From: Carpediemonas membranifera BICM
Lineage: Eukaryota; Protista; Fornicata
Length of the DNA: 64,000 nucleotides
Assembly (NCBI GenBank): GCA_019828565.1
Contig: JAHDYR010000015.1
Span: 630,240-694,239, forward strand
Direction: 5' to 3'
Below, piece by piece: positions 41,867 through 55,700 of the stretch. Each line of letters starts with the position of its first letter. The stretch's first letter is position 1. Made by a program: the position numbers and the translations under genes. The notes below the pieces were generated by a model. That model had not been told where the DNA came from. It ran no database searches and saw only the letters and a program-made list of their open reading frames with translations.

Positions 41867-42032
41867 AAGGGGGTGATGCAGAGGCTTGCATCGTCCCGCC
41901 ATAAAGCATTTTACGGAGGAGCAAAATTTTAACACGGGTGCTACCAGTGGCCTCCGTTTGCCCTGTGTGCCACGTCATCGTGTCCAGCAGGGGCGTAGGG
42001 CGACTCGGCATTTCGAGTTTTCACTCACAACG

Positions 42033-45000
42033 ATGAAGAGCCAATTCGTAACGACAGTTGCTGACACCGGCAATTCTGTCGTTCTACGTTGGCAACCGAA
42101 TAAGAAGCAGCTTGCAGTAGCGAATGGGAACACTGTGTCATTCTTCGACCAGCATGGAGCGAAGACCTTTTCATACGACATTGACGGCACGATTAAGGAC
42201 ATACAGTGGTCATCCGATTCGGCTATCCTCGTCATTTTACCATACGGCTCCAAGGAGCGGCGTCCCGTTGTCTATCTATTGGACGTCAAGCTTAAGAACG
42301 CCGCTGTCCTCAACGTCACCATCCCGTACCCTACATCGATAGCATGGAACTCCCGATCCCACCACCTCGCCATCGGCACCACGAATGGCCATCTGATTCT
42401 GTACAACCGCATCACCTCACACATGGAGCGCACGCTTAACAAGCACGACGGCGACGTTGAGCACCTTGCTTGGACAGCTCAGAGCAGTCAAATTGTCTCT
42501 GCTGGGGCCGACGGCACCGTGTGCATCTCCGATGTGCAGGGAAACACCCTCCGCACCCTCAATGTCCCCCGGGCCACCGCCCTCGGGACCGGCCTCGTCC
42601 ACGGCCAGGAGACTCTCGCCATTGGCACGCCCAGCGGACTGCAGCTGCTGCAGGGCATGGAGTCGCCCAGCCCCCTCACGGCGACCGTGCCACAGGTGAC
42701 CAGGATCCTCGTCGGTGACAGCATCGTCACCGCCTCCGCCGACGGGACAGTCACGGCGCTCGACACAGACGGCGAGACCCAGTTCCAGCACCGCTACCCG
42801 ACGCTGCAGACCATCATGGCGGACCCCAGCAGTCTCTTCGTCGTCACGGGCAGCGCCGTCCACGAACTCACCCTACACACGTGGGCCAAGGCCGAGACCA
42901 CACCGGTGCAGGGGGCGTCAGGCGCTTCCATGACATCCGACGGCAAGTTCCTCAGCGTGCACCATGGAGGGTCGATCGAGACGTTCCTGGCGAAGTCCAC
43001 GGTGCTCGTCGCCTACTGCTCGACGAGGACGGCCTTCCTGACCGGCCTGGCCACCGTGACCGTCAAGGACTTCAACTCAGAGCAGACCCAGAGTGTGAAG
43101 TTCGCCGCCGAGCCCGCTCTCCTCGCCATCAGCGACACCCACGTCGCCAGTGTCACCGGGCTCGAGCTGGCCGTGTTCAGCCTCAACGGATCTGACCCGA
43201 CCCAGACGCTCAGGCAGACCCTGAAGGACAAAGCCACTGACCTCGCCCTCACCTCCGGTCACGTGGCCGTGCTGAGCGGCGGCGTGGCGACGGTCCTGCC
43301 CCTCAACCCGACCGTCACCCAGCAGCACACCATACCGGCAGACCCACAGGCCCGGGAGCTCGGGGTGAGGGTGACGGCCCTGTCCGGGGCGGGGGCCGTG
43401 CTGTGGTTCTCGACGGCGTCCCCCTCGAGGGGCGGCACTCTGGCTCCCTTCGTCCCCGCGACGGGAACTACCGGCCCGGCCATCAACCACACGCTCGGGG
43501 TCAAGCGGATACACGCCAAGGAGACGGGGACGGCCGTCGTGTTCGTGGACACCAAGTCCTCTGCCTTCTACGCCGACGCCGTCGCCCAGACGTTCGTCCC
43601 CATCAACCCGGACGTTGTCCTCGAGAAGCCCGCCGTCGCCAAGGTCGAGAAGCAGTCGCCCGCCCCACCCACCCCGCAGAAGCCGGCGGCTGACCTCTTT
43701 GACGACGGCGTGCTTGACCAGTTCACGCCGTACAAGGCGCCCCAGGCGGAGGAGGAGGACGCCGAAGAGGCGCCGCTGCTAGACGTCGAGCCGGTTGGGC
43801 CTTCCCTGCCGTACGCCGTGATGCGGGCATTCGGGGAGGACGGCAAGGTCCTCTGGGACAGGTCTGATGTCTTCGGGATCTGCGTCGCCCAGTCGATGCC
43901 GATGCCCGCCCAGACGCCCGACGGGTCGCCCTATGTACGCCCCATCGTCCAGCTCTTCTCCGCTCAGACCACCGAGGGCGGGCTGGCCGTGCTTCCGGTC
44001 AAGACGCTCGACATCGACCCCCAGGCCCAGCCCGTCGCCATCGCCGGAGAGACAGCGGTCACCGTGCTCCACGGCGAGCTGCTCCACGTCCCCATGGCAT
44101 CCCACCGTGCGCTGTTCGAGGCCAGGCAGGGCAGTGTGGCGTCCGGCCCCACTGCCATCCGGGCCATAGGGGAGGCGCTCGACTCGTTCGACCTGGAGGC
44201 CGCCTGGTCTCTGCTTATGCCCATGGCGTGCGACCCCGACAACTTCATGCAGGTCCGGCCAGACCTGTCTGAGGACGTCACTGGCCTCATCGAGCGGTAC
44301 GCCGTGCTGTGCATCCACCTGACCGAGCTCGAGCGGGCGGCAGCGGCCTATGTGCTGCTCGGGAACCACTCTGTCGTCGCCCACATCCGCCTGTTGGCCC
44401 GGGACACGGAGCACGGCGACCAGCGGGCCATGCTCCAAGGCCATGCCAACGTCCTGCTCGGCAAGATCGACGCCGCCCAGCAGTGCTACCTCCGCGCCGG
44501 GAAGCCCGAGGAGGCCGTCCTGGTCCGCCGCGGGCTGTGCAAGTTCGACGAGGCGATCAAGCTGGCCCAGTCGACCGAGGGCTTCGACCCCCTCACCATC
44601 CTCCGCATCAAGGTCGACCGCGCCCATAGTCTGGAGTTCCAGTCGCTGTTCGACGCGGCTTATGACGAGTTCAGCGCCTGTAGCAGGGAGCTGACGATGA
44701 TGTATCAAGGCATGACGGCCGACGAGCAGCGGTTCACATCCCAGGGCCAGGCGGTCCGGCCCCTGCTCGCTGTGACGCAGCAGGGGCTGGCGAGGACAAG
44801 CCTGACGTCGCGCGTGTGCGACGAGGTGACTGCGCTGACCATCTGCGAATCCGAGTGGAGCACGCCCAGGCTTCAGGGCGAGTGCGCCGCCATGCTCGTC
44901 AAGCTCAAGAAGTTCGCATCGGCCGCCCGTTTGTACGAGCTTGCAGGCCAGCCTGCCCGTGCCGCGGGTATCCTCATCAAGCTGAAGGACGTCGCAAACC

Positions 45001-46541
45001 TGCGTCGTCTCATCACGCCGACAGCCGACTACGTCACGCCCGCACTCAGAGAGCAGTTCGGCAACCTCCTCGCGGCCAACGGGCACGACTCCGAGGCAAT
45101 CATGGAGTACCAGCGGGGCGGGGCGGAGTGCGTCATGTCGCTGACCAAGCACGTCATCAACAAGCGCCCACAGGACGCCCACATCGCATTTGACGCAGCC
45201 CGCCAGCATCATCACGCCAAGGCCGCGGGTATGCTGTCCCGCCATGCGTTGACCACCGGTGACTATCGCGCAGCGGTTGAGATGGCGCTGATCTCAAGAG
45301 ACCGGGAGGCGGCCAAGAGCCTCGTCCTCGACCACCACACGGCCCAGACGCCCCTGCTGGACGTCTTCCTCGCCAACATCACTGGAAAGAAAGATGCTGA
45401 ACTCGCAGGCCTGGCACAGAACATGATCGACCGCGGCGCCTTCAGTGAGGCAGGGAAGATTTACGCAGAGCTCGGCGACCTGACCCACGCGGTCGACAGT
45501 CTGCTCGAGTCGGGTGAAGACGAGGACCTCAGCCTCGCAGTCGACCTCGTAGGCGGTATCGATGTTGAGGCGGACCCCGAGTCGATCAAGCCGCTGAGGA
45601 AGGTCGTCGAGGTCCTTAAGGGCGAGGCCGATGGGCAACGCCGCGACCCCCGCTTTATCTTCCAGCTGTATGTCGTCCTTGGCCAGTACGATGAGGCTGC
45701 CGCAGTCGCTCTCGCCGTGGCCGCCCGTGAGATCCAGTCAGCCAAGTTCGCCGACGCCGAGCGCACCATGTGGCTCGTTCTCTCGCAGTTTAAGGCCCGC
45801 AACATCCCGGCGCCGTCCGAGGTCCGGGACCGCTTCCTCTTCCTCCACCGCTACAACATCGCCAAGGAGCTCGGGGGCCGGCGACAGGAGCAGGCCAAGT
45901 ACGTCCAGCTCGCCGCACGGAACCTGCTGCACGCGACGACTGCGATCGGGATGCTGTCCGAGTCGAGCGCCATCTCGCTAAGGATCGCGGCGTTCCGGAT
46001 GGCACAAGCGGCGAAGATGCCTCAGGCGATGGCCAACCAGGCGCTGAGATTCGTCAACGCCTTCCCCGACAGTGCTAAGCGCGAGATCATCAAGAAGCGC
46101 TACCTGGACGAGAAGGCACCCATCGGTTCTGATGCCCGCAAGGCCATTGAGCGGCAGTTTAACCTACTCGTTGCTTACGCCCTTAAAATGCACAAGGAGG
46201 CCCGGGTGAAGGCGCACGAGGAAGGGGTCCCAGCGGGCAAGATGCTGAAGGAGATGTGCCGGGCGACGGACCCAGACGAGCAGACGCCATGCCACGTGTG
46301 CGGCACCCCGCTCGACCGGATGGCGACGACGTGCCCACGCTGCCAGTCGTTGCTTGAGATCTGCAGTGTGACGGGGCAGCACATGGTGGCGGACGACTGG
46401 GCCTCGTGCAACTGCTGCGGTATGCCCGCCCTGCTGCCGGAGATCGCCGCGCTCAAGGCAGCCCGCGGCGCGGCAGTGTGCTCTGTGTGCGGAGGGACGG
46501 ATGGGTTTGCGGAGGGCGCGCCTCCAGGCCCCAGGCTGTAA
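42033..46541 (+). CDS. WDR19: Intraflagellar transport protein IFT144/WDR19
   Basis: N-terminal WD40 (LAIGTTNGHLILYN...KH), TPR-like body (LQGHANVLLGKIDAAQQCYL), C-terminal Zn ribbons (CHVC..CPRC..ICSVTGQHM..W..C). Confidence 0.88.
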   Translation: MKSQFVTTVADTGNSVVLRWQPNKKQLAVANGNTVSFFDQHGAKTFSYDIDGTIKDIQWSSDSAILVILPYGSKERRPVVYLLDVKLKNAAVLNVTIPYPTSIAWNSRSHHLAIGTTNGHLILYNRITSHMERTLNKHDGDVEHLAWTAQSSQIVSAGADGTVCISDVQGNTLRTLNVPRATALGTGLVHGQETLAIGTPSGLQLLQGMESPSPLTATVPQVTRILVGDSIVTASADGTVTALDTDGETQFQHRYPTLQTIMADPSSLFVVTGSAVHELTLHTWAKAETTPVQGASGASMTSDGKFLSVHHGGSIETFLAKSTVLVAYCSTRTAFLTGLATVTVKDFNSEQTQSVKFAAEPALLAISDTHVASVTGLELAVFSLNGSDPTQTLRQTLKDKATDLALTSGHVAVLSGGVATVLPLNPTVTQQHTIPADPQARELGVRVTALSGAGAVLWFSTASPSRGGTLAPFVPATGTTGPAINHTLGVKRIHAKETGTAVVFVDTKSSAFYADAVAQTFVPINPDVVLEKPAVAKVEKQSPAPPTPQKPAADLFDDGVLDQFTPYKAPQAEEEDAEEAPLLDVEPVGPSLPYAVMRAFGEDGKVLWDRSDVFGICVAQSMPMPAQTPDGSPYVRPIVQLFSAQTTEGGLAVLPVKTLDIDPQAQPVAIAGETAVTVLHGELLHVPMASHRALFEARQGSVASGPTAIRAIGEALDSFDLEAAWSLLMPMACDPDNFMQVRPDLSEDVTGLIERYAVLCIHLTELERAAAAYVLLGNHSVVAHIRLLARDTEHGDQRAMLQGHANVLLGKIDAAQQCYLRAGKPEEAVLVRRGLCKFDEAIKLAQSTEGFDPLTILRIKVDRAHSLEFQSLFDAAYDEFSACSRELTMMYQGMTADEQRFTSQGQAVRPLLAVTQQGLARTSLTSRVCDEVTALTICESEWSTPRLQGECAAMLVKLKKFASAARLYELAGQPARAAGILIKLKDVANLRRLITPTADYVTPALREQFGNLLAANGHDSEAIMEYQRGGAECVMSLTKHVINKRPQDAHIAFDAARQHHHAKAAGMLSRHALTTGDYRAAVEMALISRDREAAKSLVLDHHTAQTPLLDVFLANITGKKDAELAGLAQNMIDRGAFSEAGKIYAELGDLTHAVDSLLESGEDEDLSLAVDLVGGIDVEADPESIKPLRKVVEVLKGEADGQRRDPRFIFQLYVVLGQYDEAAAVALAVAAREIQSAKFADAERTMWLVLSQFKARNIPAPSEVRDRFLFLHRYNIAKELGGRRQEQAKYVQLAARNLLHATTAIGMLSESSAISLRIAAFRMAQAAKMPQAMANQALRFVNAFPDSAKREIIKKRYLDEKAPIGSDARKAIERQFNLLVAYALKMHKEARVKAHEEGVPAGKMLKEMCRATDPDEQTPCHVCGTPLDRMATTCPRCQSLLEICSVTGQHMVADDWASCNCCGMPALLPEIAALKAARGAAVCSVCGGTDGFAEGAPPGPRL

Positions 46542-46726
46542 ACTATTAGTGTTGTTGGCGGCTAATCTAGAAGATGGGTGTTTGGCCCAGAGAAAGAAAA
46601 ACTACCAGGGGCGGACAAAAGCGGAGCTAGGCGTGCATTGGCGGCACCAATAGGCCTTGCTAGGGCCTGCTTCCCACGTTTCGTTTTTTCTGCAAAATTT
46701 CTAGCACACACAAGCGTCTTGGACTC

Positions 46727-49700
46727 ATGGACTTAGGAGCTACCCTCGTTGTCTCAACGAAGCTAGCGACTGCTTCTCCAGCCCATCGAGCCACAGAGAA
46801 ACCAAAGAACGTCAAGTCGATCACGCAGAGCCGCATGATCGAACCCAAAGTCCAGGTGCCGTTCGAAACTGCCCCTGGCAAGATACCACGCAAGATCGTC
46901 ATTGAGCGGCGTAAGCGTGAGTTCGCTGCACTTGACATAAGCGAGCTTATTGGCGACCAGCCCGTTTCTGGGCAGCCCGAGGGAGCAACCGACTACTCGA
47001 CCATGCTTCCCCTCCACCTCTTCGACGACACGTCCTTCGAGGAACGCAATCCGTCCGAGTGGTTTGCGCTGGGCAAGGACGACTCGTTCTTCGTGCAGAC
47101 GCTGCTGGACGGTGAGTGGGTCAGCGCCGAGGCCGTCAACTACAGAGAGACCGACAATCACTATCTTGTCCAGCTCGAGGAGACCCGCAAGCGCTTGTGG
47201 GTTCCTCGCATCATGATGTACATCCTTGGTGAGAACCCGTTCAACTTCGCCAAGCGCTTTGAGTACGCGCTGAACTCCCGTCGTGACGCCGAGGCCAACG
47301 TCCGCTACAACTTGTTCATCGACTCCATGCCCAACGACGACATCGAGGGCCTGTCCAGCGAGAATATCACCGGGATATCCGAGCTTGCGACCAACAGCCC
47401 CGCGCTGACGGAGTTCAACAGAAAGCACCCAGGTTACCTGCGGGACCTCGTCGACGAGATCCAGACCAAGCACTCGAGGGCCATCAACAAGATCGTCTTC
47501 ACGTCCTATCTCCGTTCGAACCCCGACACGGTGGCCGAGCTGAACCTCAGCCTGGTCGACCTGAAGACCACTCCGCCCCCCGCCCCAGAGAGAGGCCTCG
47601 TCCCTATCCCGCCGTACGACTTCAAGGAGCGGCTCGACTCGCTGATCTTCAACACGCTGCTGAACCGCTCCGAGGTGGTGCGGGCCCTCGACACGGTCAG
47701 GGTGGAGTGTAACAAGGTCATCAACCTCAACGTGTTCTACACCGCGGATCCCGTCAGAGGGACCCCCAAGCCCCTGACCCTCGAGGAGTTCCTGCAGACG
47801 GAGACCCAGGCCATCGGGACCGCCAAGGGACAGCTCGCCGAGCAGTGGGTCGTGTACCTCAAGAACGGCATCAAGGGCGCCATCAGCAAGTGCGGCAAGG
47901 GCTGGTTCAACCTCCAAGAGTCCTCGTACGACGTCTACGTCGTCTCGAAGCTCCGCCGCCTGCTGACCCTCGTCACCCTCGTCATGCAGGACACCACGCG
48001 CTTCCTCATGGAGGCGAGCCTCCGCAGATTCACGGCGTTCATCGTCAACAGCTGCGACTGGCGCGTGGAGATCACTGACACGGCCGCGGTCGACTCCTTC
48101 CACACAGACAACACCGTCGACCCAGACACTGGCCGCCCCGGGCTCTACAGACTGCGCGGGCCCCTCTTCCAGGTCAGCCTCCAGATCGAGGAGCGTGAGG
48201 CCGCCATTGAGGCCGCTCCCGCCCCCGAGGCCGAGGACGAGGCCAAGGGTGCCCAGCCGGACAGCACCGAGTCCGACGCCGACGAGGAGGCGCCCCCGGA
48301 GGTGACTCCGCATGACTACGAGTTCACCTTCAGCCCCCGCCTGCCCGAGTTCGTCGACGTGACGTCATCTATCTTCGACAAGGGCCTGTCCGCCACGAAG
48401 GGCATTCCTCAGCTCGAGTCCCAGTTGATGGAGAACATCTACTGGTCGACACAGCTCGTCGTCGCCTCCGTCACCGCCCACGAGCCCCACGTCCAGGCCA
48501 TGAAGCTCGAGGTGCACCGTGCCGTCTCAGAGGCCCTCGCGCCCGTGTGGCAGTACCAGGAGCGGTTCGAGAAGTACATCCCCTTCCTCAAGGCAGACCC
48601 CCAGCTCGAGATTTTCGAGATCCGCCGCCAGAAGCTGCGGGCTGAGCAGCTGATGGCCAAGGTCCGCGAGCACGAGGCCGCCATCGAGCAGGTTTACGAG
48701 CAAGTGCCCGAGCGCGTCCAGGTCGGCGCCTTCGTCATCAACGTCTCGCACGTCCGCCGCTTCATCGCCGCCAGGCACCAGACCCTGCGTGACGGCATCG
48801 CCGGGCTCATTGAGGAGCGCGCCCGCCAGCTGGCCGACGAGGTCACGACGAAGTTCGCCGAGATCCACGGCAACCTGACGCACAAGTCCCGTACGATCGA
48901 GGAGGTCAGCACCGCTCGGGAGTTCATCGGGACGATCCCCAACAAGCTGAGCGAGAACGAGCCTTTGGTCACCACGACCCTCGAGTATTTCGACACGCTG
49001 GAGCTGTGCAGCGGCCTGCCGAACGACCTGCTCAAACTCAGGTGGAAGACGTTCGCATGGCCCAAGACGATCACGGACCAGATCGATGTCACGCGGGACG
49101 CCCTCGAGGCAGACGAGGGCCGCTTCAAGGACTCACAGATCGCAGAGCAGGACCGCTTCCGCAAGCAAGTCGAGCAGCTTTCCCAGCAGGTCGCCCAGTT
49201 CCACGTCAACAAGGACGTCGAGAAGGCCGAGGAGATCGCCGAGGAAGCCGAGCAGCTGCAGCGTAACCTCAAGCGGTCCGAGGACAAGGCCAAGCTCTTC
49301 CAGACCAGAGAGACGCTGTTCGGTCTCAACCGCACAGACTACGACGGCCTCACCCGAACCATCAAGGAGTTCGAGAAGTACACCGCGTTCTGGTACACCG
49401 TCCGCGACTGGCGGCGGGGCAAGACCGCATGGATCGATGGCCCCCTGCACGAGATCGACGCGGAGGGCACAGAGAAGAAGGTCATGGACCACTATCGGGC
49501 TCTGTACAAGTCCGTCAAGAGCCTCAAGGACTACCCAGAGTTGGCCAAGCTCGCGGAGGACACCAGGGCCGAGGTCGAGGAGTTCAAGCCCGTCGTGCCC
49601 CTCATCATCGCCCTCAGGAACCCCGGCATGCGGGAACGGCACTGGGACGCGATCAGCGAGGACATCGGGCAGCCACTCAACCCCGACGAGGACTTCACTA

Positions 49701-52700
49701 TCGCCCAGGCGCTCGATATGGGGCTGCTGGAGCACATGGAGGGCATCCAGAAGACGTGCGACGTCGCCAGCAAGGAGTTCTCGATCGAGGAGGCGCTCGA
49801 CAAGATGCAGGGCGAGTGGAAGAACATCCAGCTGGACCTCCACGCGTACGGTGAGACCGGCTCGTTCGTCCTCAAGGGATCCGACGACATCCAGCAGGTG
49901 CTGGACGACCACATCATGATGACACAGGGGATGGCCTTCTCCGCGTTCAAGAAGCCGTTCGAGGAGCGCATCGCCAAGTGGGAGCAGACGCTCTCGACCA
50001 TGGGCGAGGTGCTTGAGGCCTGGATAGAGTGTCAGCGGGCCTGGCTGTACCTGGAGCCCATCTTCTCCTCAGAGGACATCATGCGCCAGCTCCCCACGGA
50101 GGGCAAGCGGTTCAGGACGGTCGACGTCATGTGGCGCAAGCAGGTCAAGATGGCGCACCAGAACCCCCACGCTATGACTGTTCTCGCGCAGCAGTCGCTC
50201 TTCGACAAGCTGCAGGAGGCCAACGCCTCGCTCGACCTTGTCCAGAAGGGGCTGTCCGACTACCTCGAGACGAAGCGGAAGGCGTTCTCCCGGTTCTACT
50301 TCCTGTCCAACGACGAGCTGCTCGAGATCCTCTCCCAGACGAGGGACCCCAGAGCAGTACAGCCCCACCTCAGGAAGTGTTTCGAGGCCATCGCCTCTGT
50401 CAAGTTCGAGGAGGACTCCCAGATCACCGGCATGAACTCCCTGGAGGGCGAGTTCGTCCCATTCCATCAGGGGATGTACCCCAAGGGCAACGTCGAGAAC
50501 TGGATGTCCGAGCTCGAGACGACGGTGCTGTCCTCGGTCTACGACACCCTGAGACGGGCCATCGAGGAGTACCCGACCATCCCCAGGCGGGAGTGGGTGC
50601 TCCGGTGGCCCGGCCAGATCATCCTCGCGGCCTCCCAGGTCTACTGGGCGCGTGCCATCGAGGAGGCCATTACACAGGGGCCGGACGCCCTGGAGCAGGC
50701 GTACAAGGTGCTGCTGGGCCAGCTGGTCGAGCTCACCGACGTCGTGCAGGGCAAGATCTCCAAGCTCGACATGACGACGCTCTCTGCGCTCCTCACCATC
50801 GATGTGCACGCCCGTGATGTCACCCAGAAGATCGTCGACCAGGGCGCGTCGTCCATTGACGACTTCATCTGGATGTCCCAGCTGCGCTACTACTGGACCG
50901 AGGAGGAGCAGTGTGAGATCAGGATGGTACAGACGGTCCGAGTGTACGGCAACGAGTACCTCGGCAACTCGTCCCGCCTCGTCATCACGCCCCTGACGGA
51001 CAGGATCTACATGACCCTCATGGGGGCAATACACCTCAACCTGGGCGGCGCCCCCGCCGGCCCCGCTGGCACGGGGAAGACTGAGACCACCAAGGACCTC
51101 GCCAAGGCCTTGGCAAAGCAGTGCGTCGTGTTCAACTGCTCAGAGGGTCTCGATTACCTCTCCATGGGCAAGTTCTTCAAGGGGCTCGCCATGTCGGGTG
51201 CATGGAGTTGCTTTGACGAGTTCAACCGTATCGACATCGAGGTGCTCTCCGTCATCGCCCAACAGATCCTCACGATCCAGCAGGCAATCATCGCCAACGC
51301 CGAGCGCTTTATCTTTGAGGGCACCGAGATCTCCATCAAGCCCACGTGTGGTTTGTTATGATCCCTAGTTCACTCTCACACAGCCATCTTCATCACCATG
51401 AACCCGGGGTACGCCGGCCGAACTGAACTCCCCGACAACCTCAAGGCCCTCTTCCGTAACTGCAGTTGCATGGTACCAGGTGCGTTACTTCCCCCCATCT
51501 AACCCAGATTACGCCCTTATCGCTGAAATCCGACTCTTTTCGTACGGTTTCACCAAGGGCAAGGAGCTTTCCCGCAAGATGGCGGCCACCTTCAGGCTCT
51601 CCTCCGAGCAGCTCTCCTCACAAGGTTCGTCCCACCCCCACCGCTTACCACAGATCACTATGACTTCGGCATGCGTGCCGTCAACACGGTTATCCAGGCC
51701 GCCGGCAACCTCAAGCGGCAGCACGGCGCAACCACGCCCGACGATGAGGATATCCTGCTGCTGCGCGCCCTCAAGGAGTGCAACCTTCCGAAATTCCTCG
51801 GCGAAGACATCCAGCTGTTCGAGAACATCATCAATGATCTCTTCATCGGCGTGACCCCGCCCGATGTGGACTACGGACAGCTCATGGTCGCCCTCAAGGA
51901 GCAGACGGTCGCCTCTGGCCTCCAGCCCGTGCCTAACTTCCTGCACAAGTGCATCGAGATGTTCCAGACTGCCACCCTCCGTCACGGCTTCATGCTTGTT
52001 GGCCCCACTGGAGCGGGTAAGACTGCCATCCTCGAGACCCTGGCCAAGGCCATGTCGTCTCTCGCAGCCCAGAAGGTCGAGGAGTTTGAGGAGGTCAAGA
52101 TCACCAAGATGAACCCCAAGTCGATTACCATGGCCCAGCTGTACGGCGCCTTCGACGTCAACACCAAGGAGTGGTCCGACGGTATCCTCGCCACGCTGGT
52201 CCGCCGCGCTGTGGCGGACACCCGTCCCACTAAGAAGTGGATCGTGTTTGATGGTCCGGTCGACGCCATTTGGATTGAGAACATGAACACCGTGCTCGAC
52301 GACAACAAGAAGCTCTGCCTGACGTCCGGTGAGATCATCGCGCTCACGCCAGACATGTCGATGATCTTCGAGGTCGAGGACCTGGCCGTCGCATCCCCGG
52401 CCACGGTCTCCCGCTGCGGCATGGTCTACATGGACCCCGCCATCACGGTCCCCATCAGCGCCCTCGTCGACTCCTGGCTGCAGACCGTGCCCGAGCACGC
52501 CCAATGCGTCAGGGAAGAGCTCGGCCACCTCTGCGACAGCTTCATCGTCAAGGGCATCCAATTCGTCCGCAAGAACTGCCGCGAGCTGATCAGCACCGTC
52601 GACTCGAACCTCGCCAAGTCGATGTTCCACCTTATGGACATCTACCTCGATCTCTTCAAGCCCAACGAGCTCGGCAAGGTCGACGAGGAGGCAGTCGCTA

Positions 52701-55700
52701 AGCTTCCCACGTCCATCCGCCCCATGTTCGTGTTCAACCTGATCTGGTCGATCGGCGCCTCGATGGACGGCGCCAGTCGCCCCAAGTTCAACACGTGGCT
52801 GAGAGACTGTCTCGTCGAGCACAACAACGCCTTCACCGCCGATGCCGCGATCCCCGCGCTGACGCTGCCCGATGGCTCTGTGTTCGACTTCCACTACGAC
52901 CACGTCGAGGAGGTCTGGACCGGCTGGATGGACCGTATCCCCGCGTACAAGGTCCCCGAGAACGTGCCCTACAGCGCCATCATCGTCCCGACCATCGACA
53001 CCGTCAGAAACGGGTTTATCCTCAAGAAGCTCGTCGAGGCCCACCACCACGTGCTCTGCGTCGGTAACACCGGTACGTCCAAGAGCGTCGTGGCGACCAA
53101 CTATCTCCTCAAGGACAGCGCCGACCATATCATGCCCGTCATGATGACATTCTCCGCCCGCACGTCCGCGAATCAGACCCAGGACATCATCGACGGCAAG
53201 TGCGACAAGCGCCGCAAGGGCGTCTACGGCCCCCCGACCGGCCGGGAGTTCGTCATCCTCGTCGATGACACGAACATGCCGTCCCGCGAAGTGTACGGCG
53301 CTCAGCCCCCCATCGAGCTGCTGCGCCAGTGGGCCGACCACGGTGGATGGTACGACCGCAAGCTGCTACAGTTCCGCCGCATCGTAAGCACCACGCTGCT
53401 ATGCGCCGTAGGTCCCGCTGGCGGTGGCCGGAACCCCATGACCAATCGCTTTGTGCGGCATTTCAACTTCCTGTCGTTCGCCGACATGGATGACAAGTCG
53501 CTGTACACCATCTTCCACACGATCATGGCCTCCTTCATGGGCAGGAACCTGCCGGCCGACCTGCACAGCCTCAGCAGCCCCATGGTCCAGGGCACGATTG
53601 CCCTATTCAACACGATCAAGCGGACGCTGCTGCCGACCCCCACGAAGTCCCACTACACATTCAACCTGAGAGATCTCTCCAAGGTGTTCCAGGGCGTCTG
53701 CATGGCGGACCCCAAGTCCATCCAGGAGGTCCCCCGGCTGCTCCGGCTGTGGGCCCACGAGGCGACCCGCGTCTTCCACGATCGTCTCATCAACGACGAG
53801 GACCGCGACACGTTCAAGGGCATCCTTCGAGACAGCATGGAGACGACCTTCAACGAGTCCTGGGACGAGGTTGTGGGCGAGAGGCGCCTGGTCTTCGGCG
53901 ACTTTATGATCCCTGGGGCAGACCCCCGCAAGTACGCGGAGGTGGACGACATGGTGAAGCTCAAGACGGTCGTGGAGGAGTACCTCGACGACTACAACCA
54001 GCAGAGCATGCCCATGAAGCTCGTGATGTTCCTGGCCGCTATAGAACACGTCGCCCGCATCTCCCGCGTCATCAGGCAGCCCCAGGGCAACGCCCTCCTG
54101 CTCGGCGTCGGCGGGTCTGGCCGGCAGTCCCTAACCCGTCTGGCCGCATTCATGGCCGAGTACCAGCTGTTCCAGATCGAGATCTCGAAGTCATACGACA
54201 TGAACTCATGGAGAGACGACATCAAGAAGCTGATGACGTCAGCCGGTCTCGAGGGCCAGGCAGTCGTCTTCCTCTTCACGGACACGCAGATCGTCGACGA
54301 GGCCTTCCTCGAGGACATCAACAACCTGCTCAACAGCGGCGAGGTGCCCAACCTCTTCGAGCAGCAGGAGCTCGACACGATTTACGTCACCATGCGCCCC
54401 ATCTGTCAGGCCGAGGGCCTCCCCCTCACCAAGCTCTCCCTGTTCCAGAAGTTCGTCGCCCGCGTTCGCGACAACATCCACATTGTCCTGGCGATGTCCC
54501 CGGTCGGCGAGCAGTTCAGGAACAGACTCCGCATGATGCCCGCCCTCACGAACAACTGCACCATCGACTGGTTCGCTGAGTGGCCTGAGGAAGCTCTGCA
54601 GTCCGTCGCCCGCGAGGCCATCCGTGACCTCGAACTCGGCGCGGAGTCCACCGGCGACCTTGTTGTCGAGATGTGCGTCTCGATCCATCAATCCGTCGAG
54701 AAGTTCAGCCGCCTATACAAGCAGGAGCTCCGCCGCATCAACCACGTCACCCCGACGTCGTACCTCGAGCTGCTCCACACGATTTGCAGCCTCATGTCCA
54801 AGAAGCGGCACGAGCTGGCCACACAGAAGAGGCGCCTCGTGATCGGCCTCGAGAAGCTTGCGTCCACCGCCAATGAGGTGCAGGTAATGCAGGACGAGCT
54901 CGTTGAGCTGCAGCCCGTACTCGTCGAGACGGGCAAGAAGGTCGAGGAGATGATGGTCCAAATCGAGAAGGACAAGGCCGTCGCCGACGAGACCAGGAAG
55001 GTCGCCGTCGCCGAGGAGACGGAGGCGTCAGCCAAGGCCGAGGAATGCCAGGCGATCAAGGACGACGCCGAGAAGGACCTCGCCGAGGCCCTGCCCGCTC
55101 TGGAGCTCGCGGTGCAGTCCCTGAAGCATCTTCAGATCAGCGACATCCGCGAGGTCGCCAACTATAACAATCCGCCGTTCGGTGTGCGTCTGGTGATGGA
55201 GGCCGTCTGCATCATGTTCGACATCAAGCCCAAGAAGGTCGACGACCCCAACAACGTCGGTAAGAAGATCGACGACTACTGGGTGCCGTCCAAGAAGCTT
55301 CTGGGCGACCCCAAGGGTCTGCTTGACTCTCTCTTCAAGTTTGACAAAGACAACATCCCCGAGAAGTCGATTAAGAAGATCCAGCCCTACGTCGCCAACC
55401 CCGAGTTCACCCCCGCCAAGGTCGAGAAGGTGTCCAAGGCCTGCACGTCCATGTGCATGTGGACCCACGCCATGTACAAGTACCACACCGTCGCCAAGGA
55501 GGTCGCCCCCAAGAGAGCACGCCTTGCTGCGGCAGAGGAGGAGCTCGCCGTTGTGTCAGCCAACCTCGCCAAGACCAAGGCCGCCCTGGCCGATGTCGAG
55601 GAGAAGATCCACAACCTCGAGACCACGTACCAGGAGAACGTCGAGAAGAAGGAGGAGCTCGCGGCCAAGGTCCAGGATACCGAGGTCAAGCTCGACCGTG

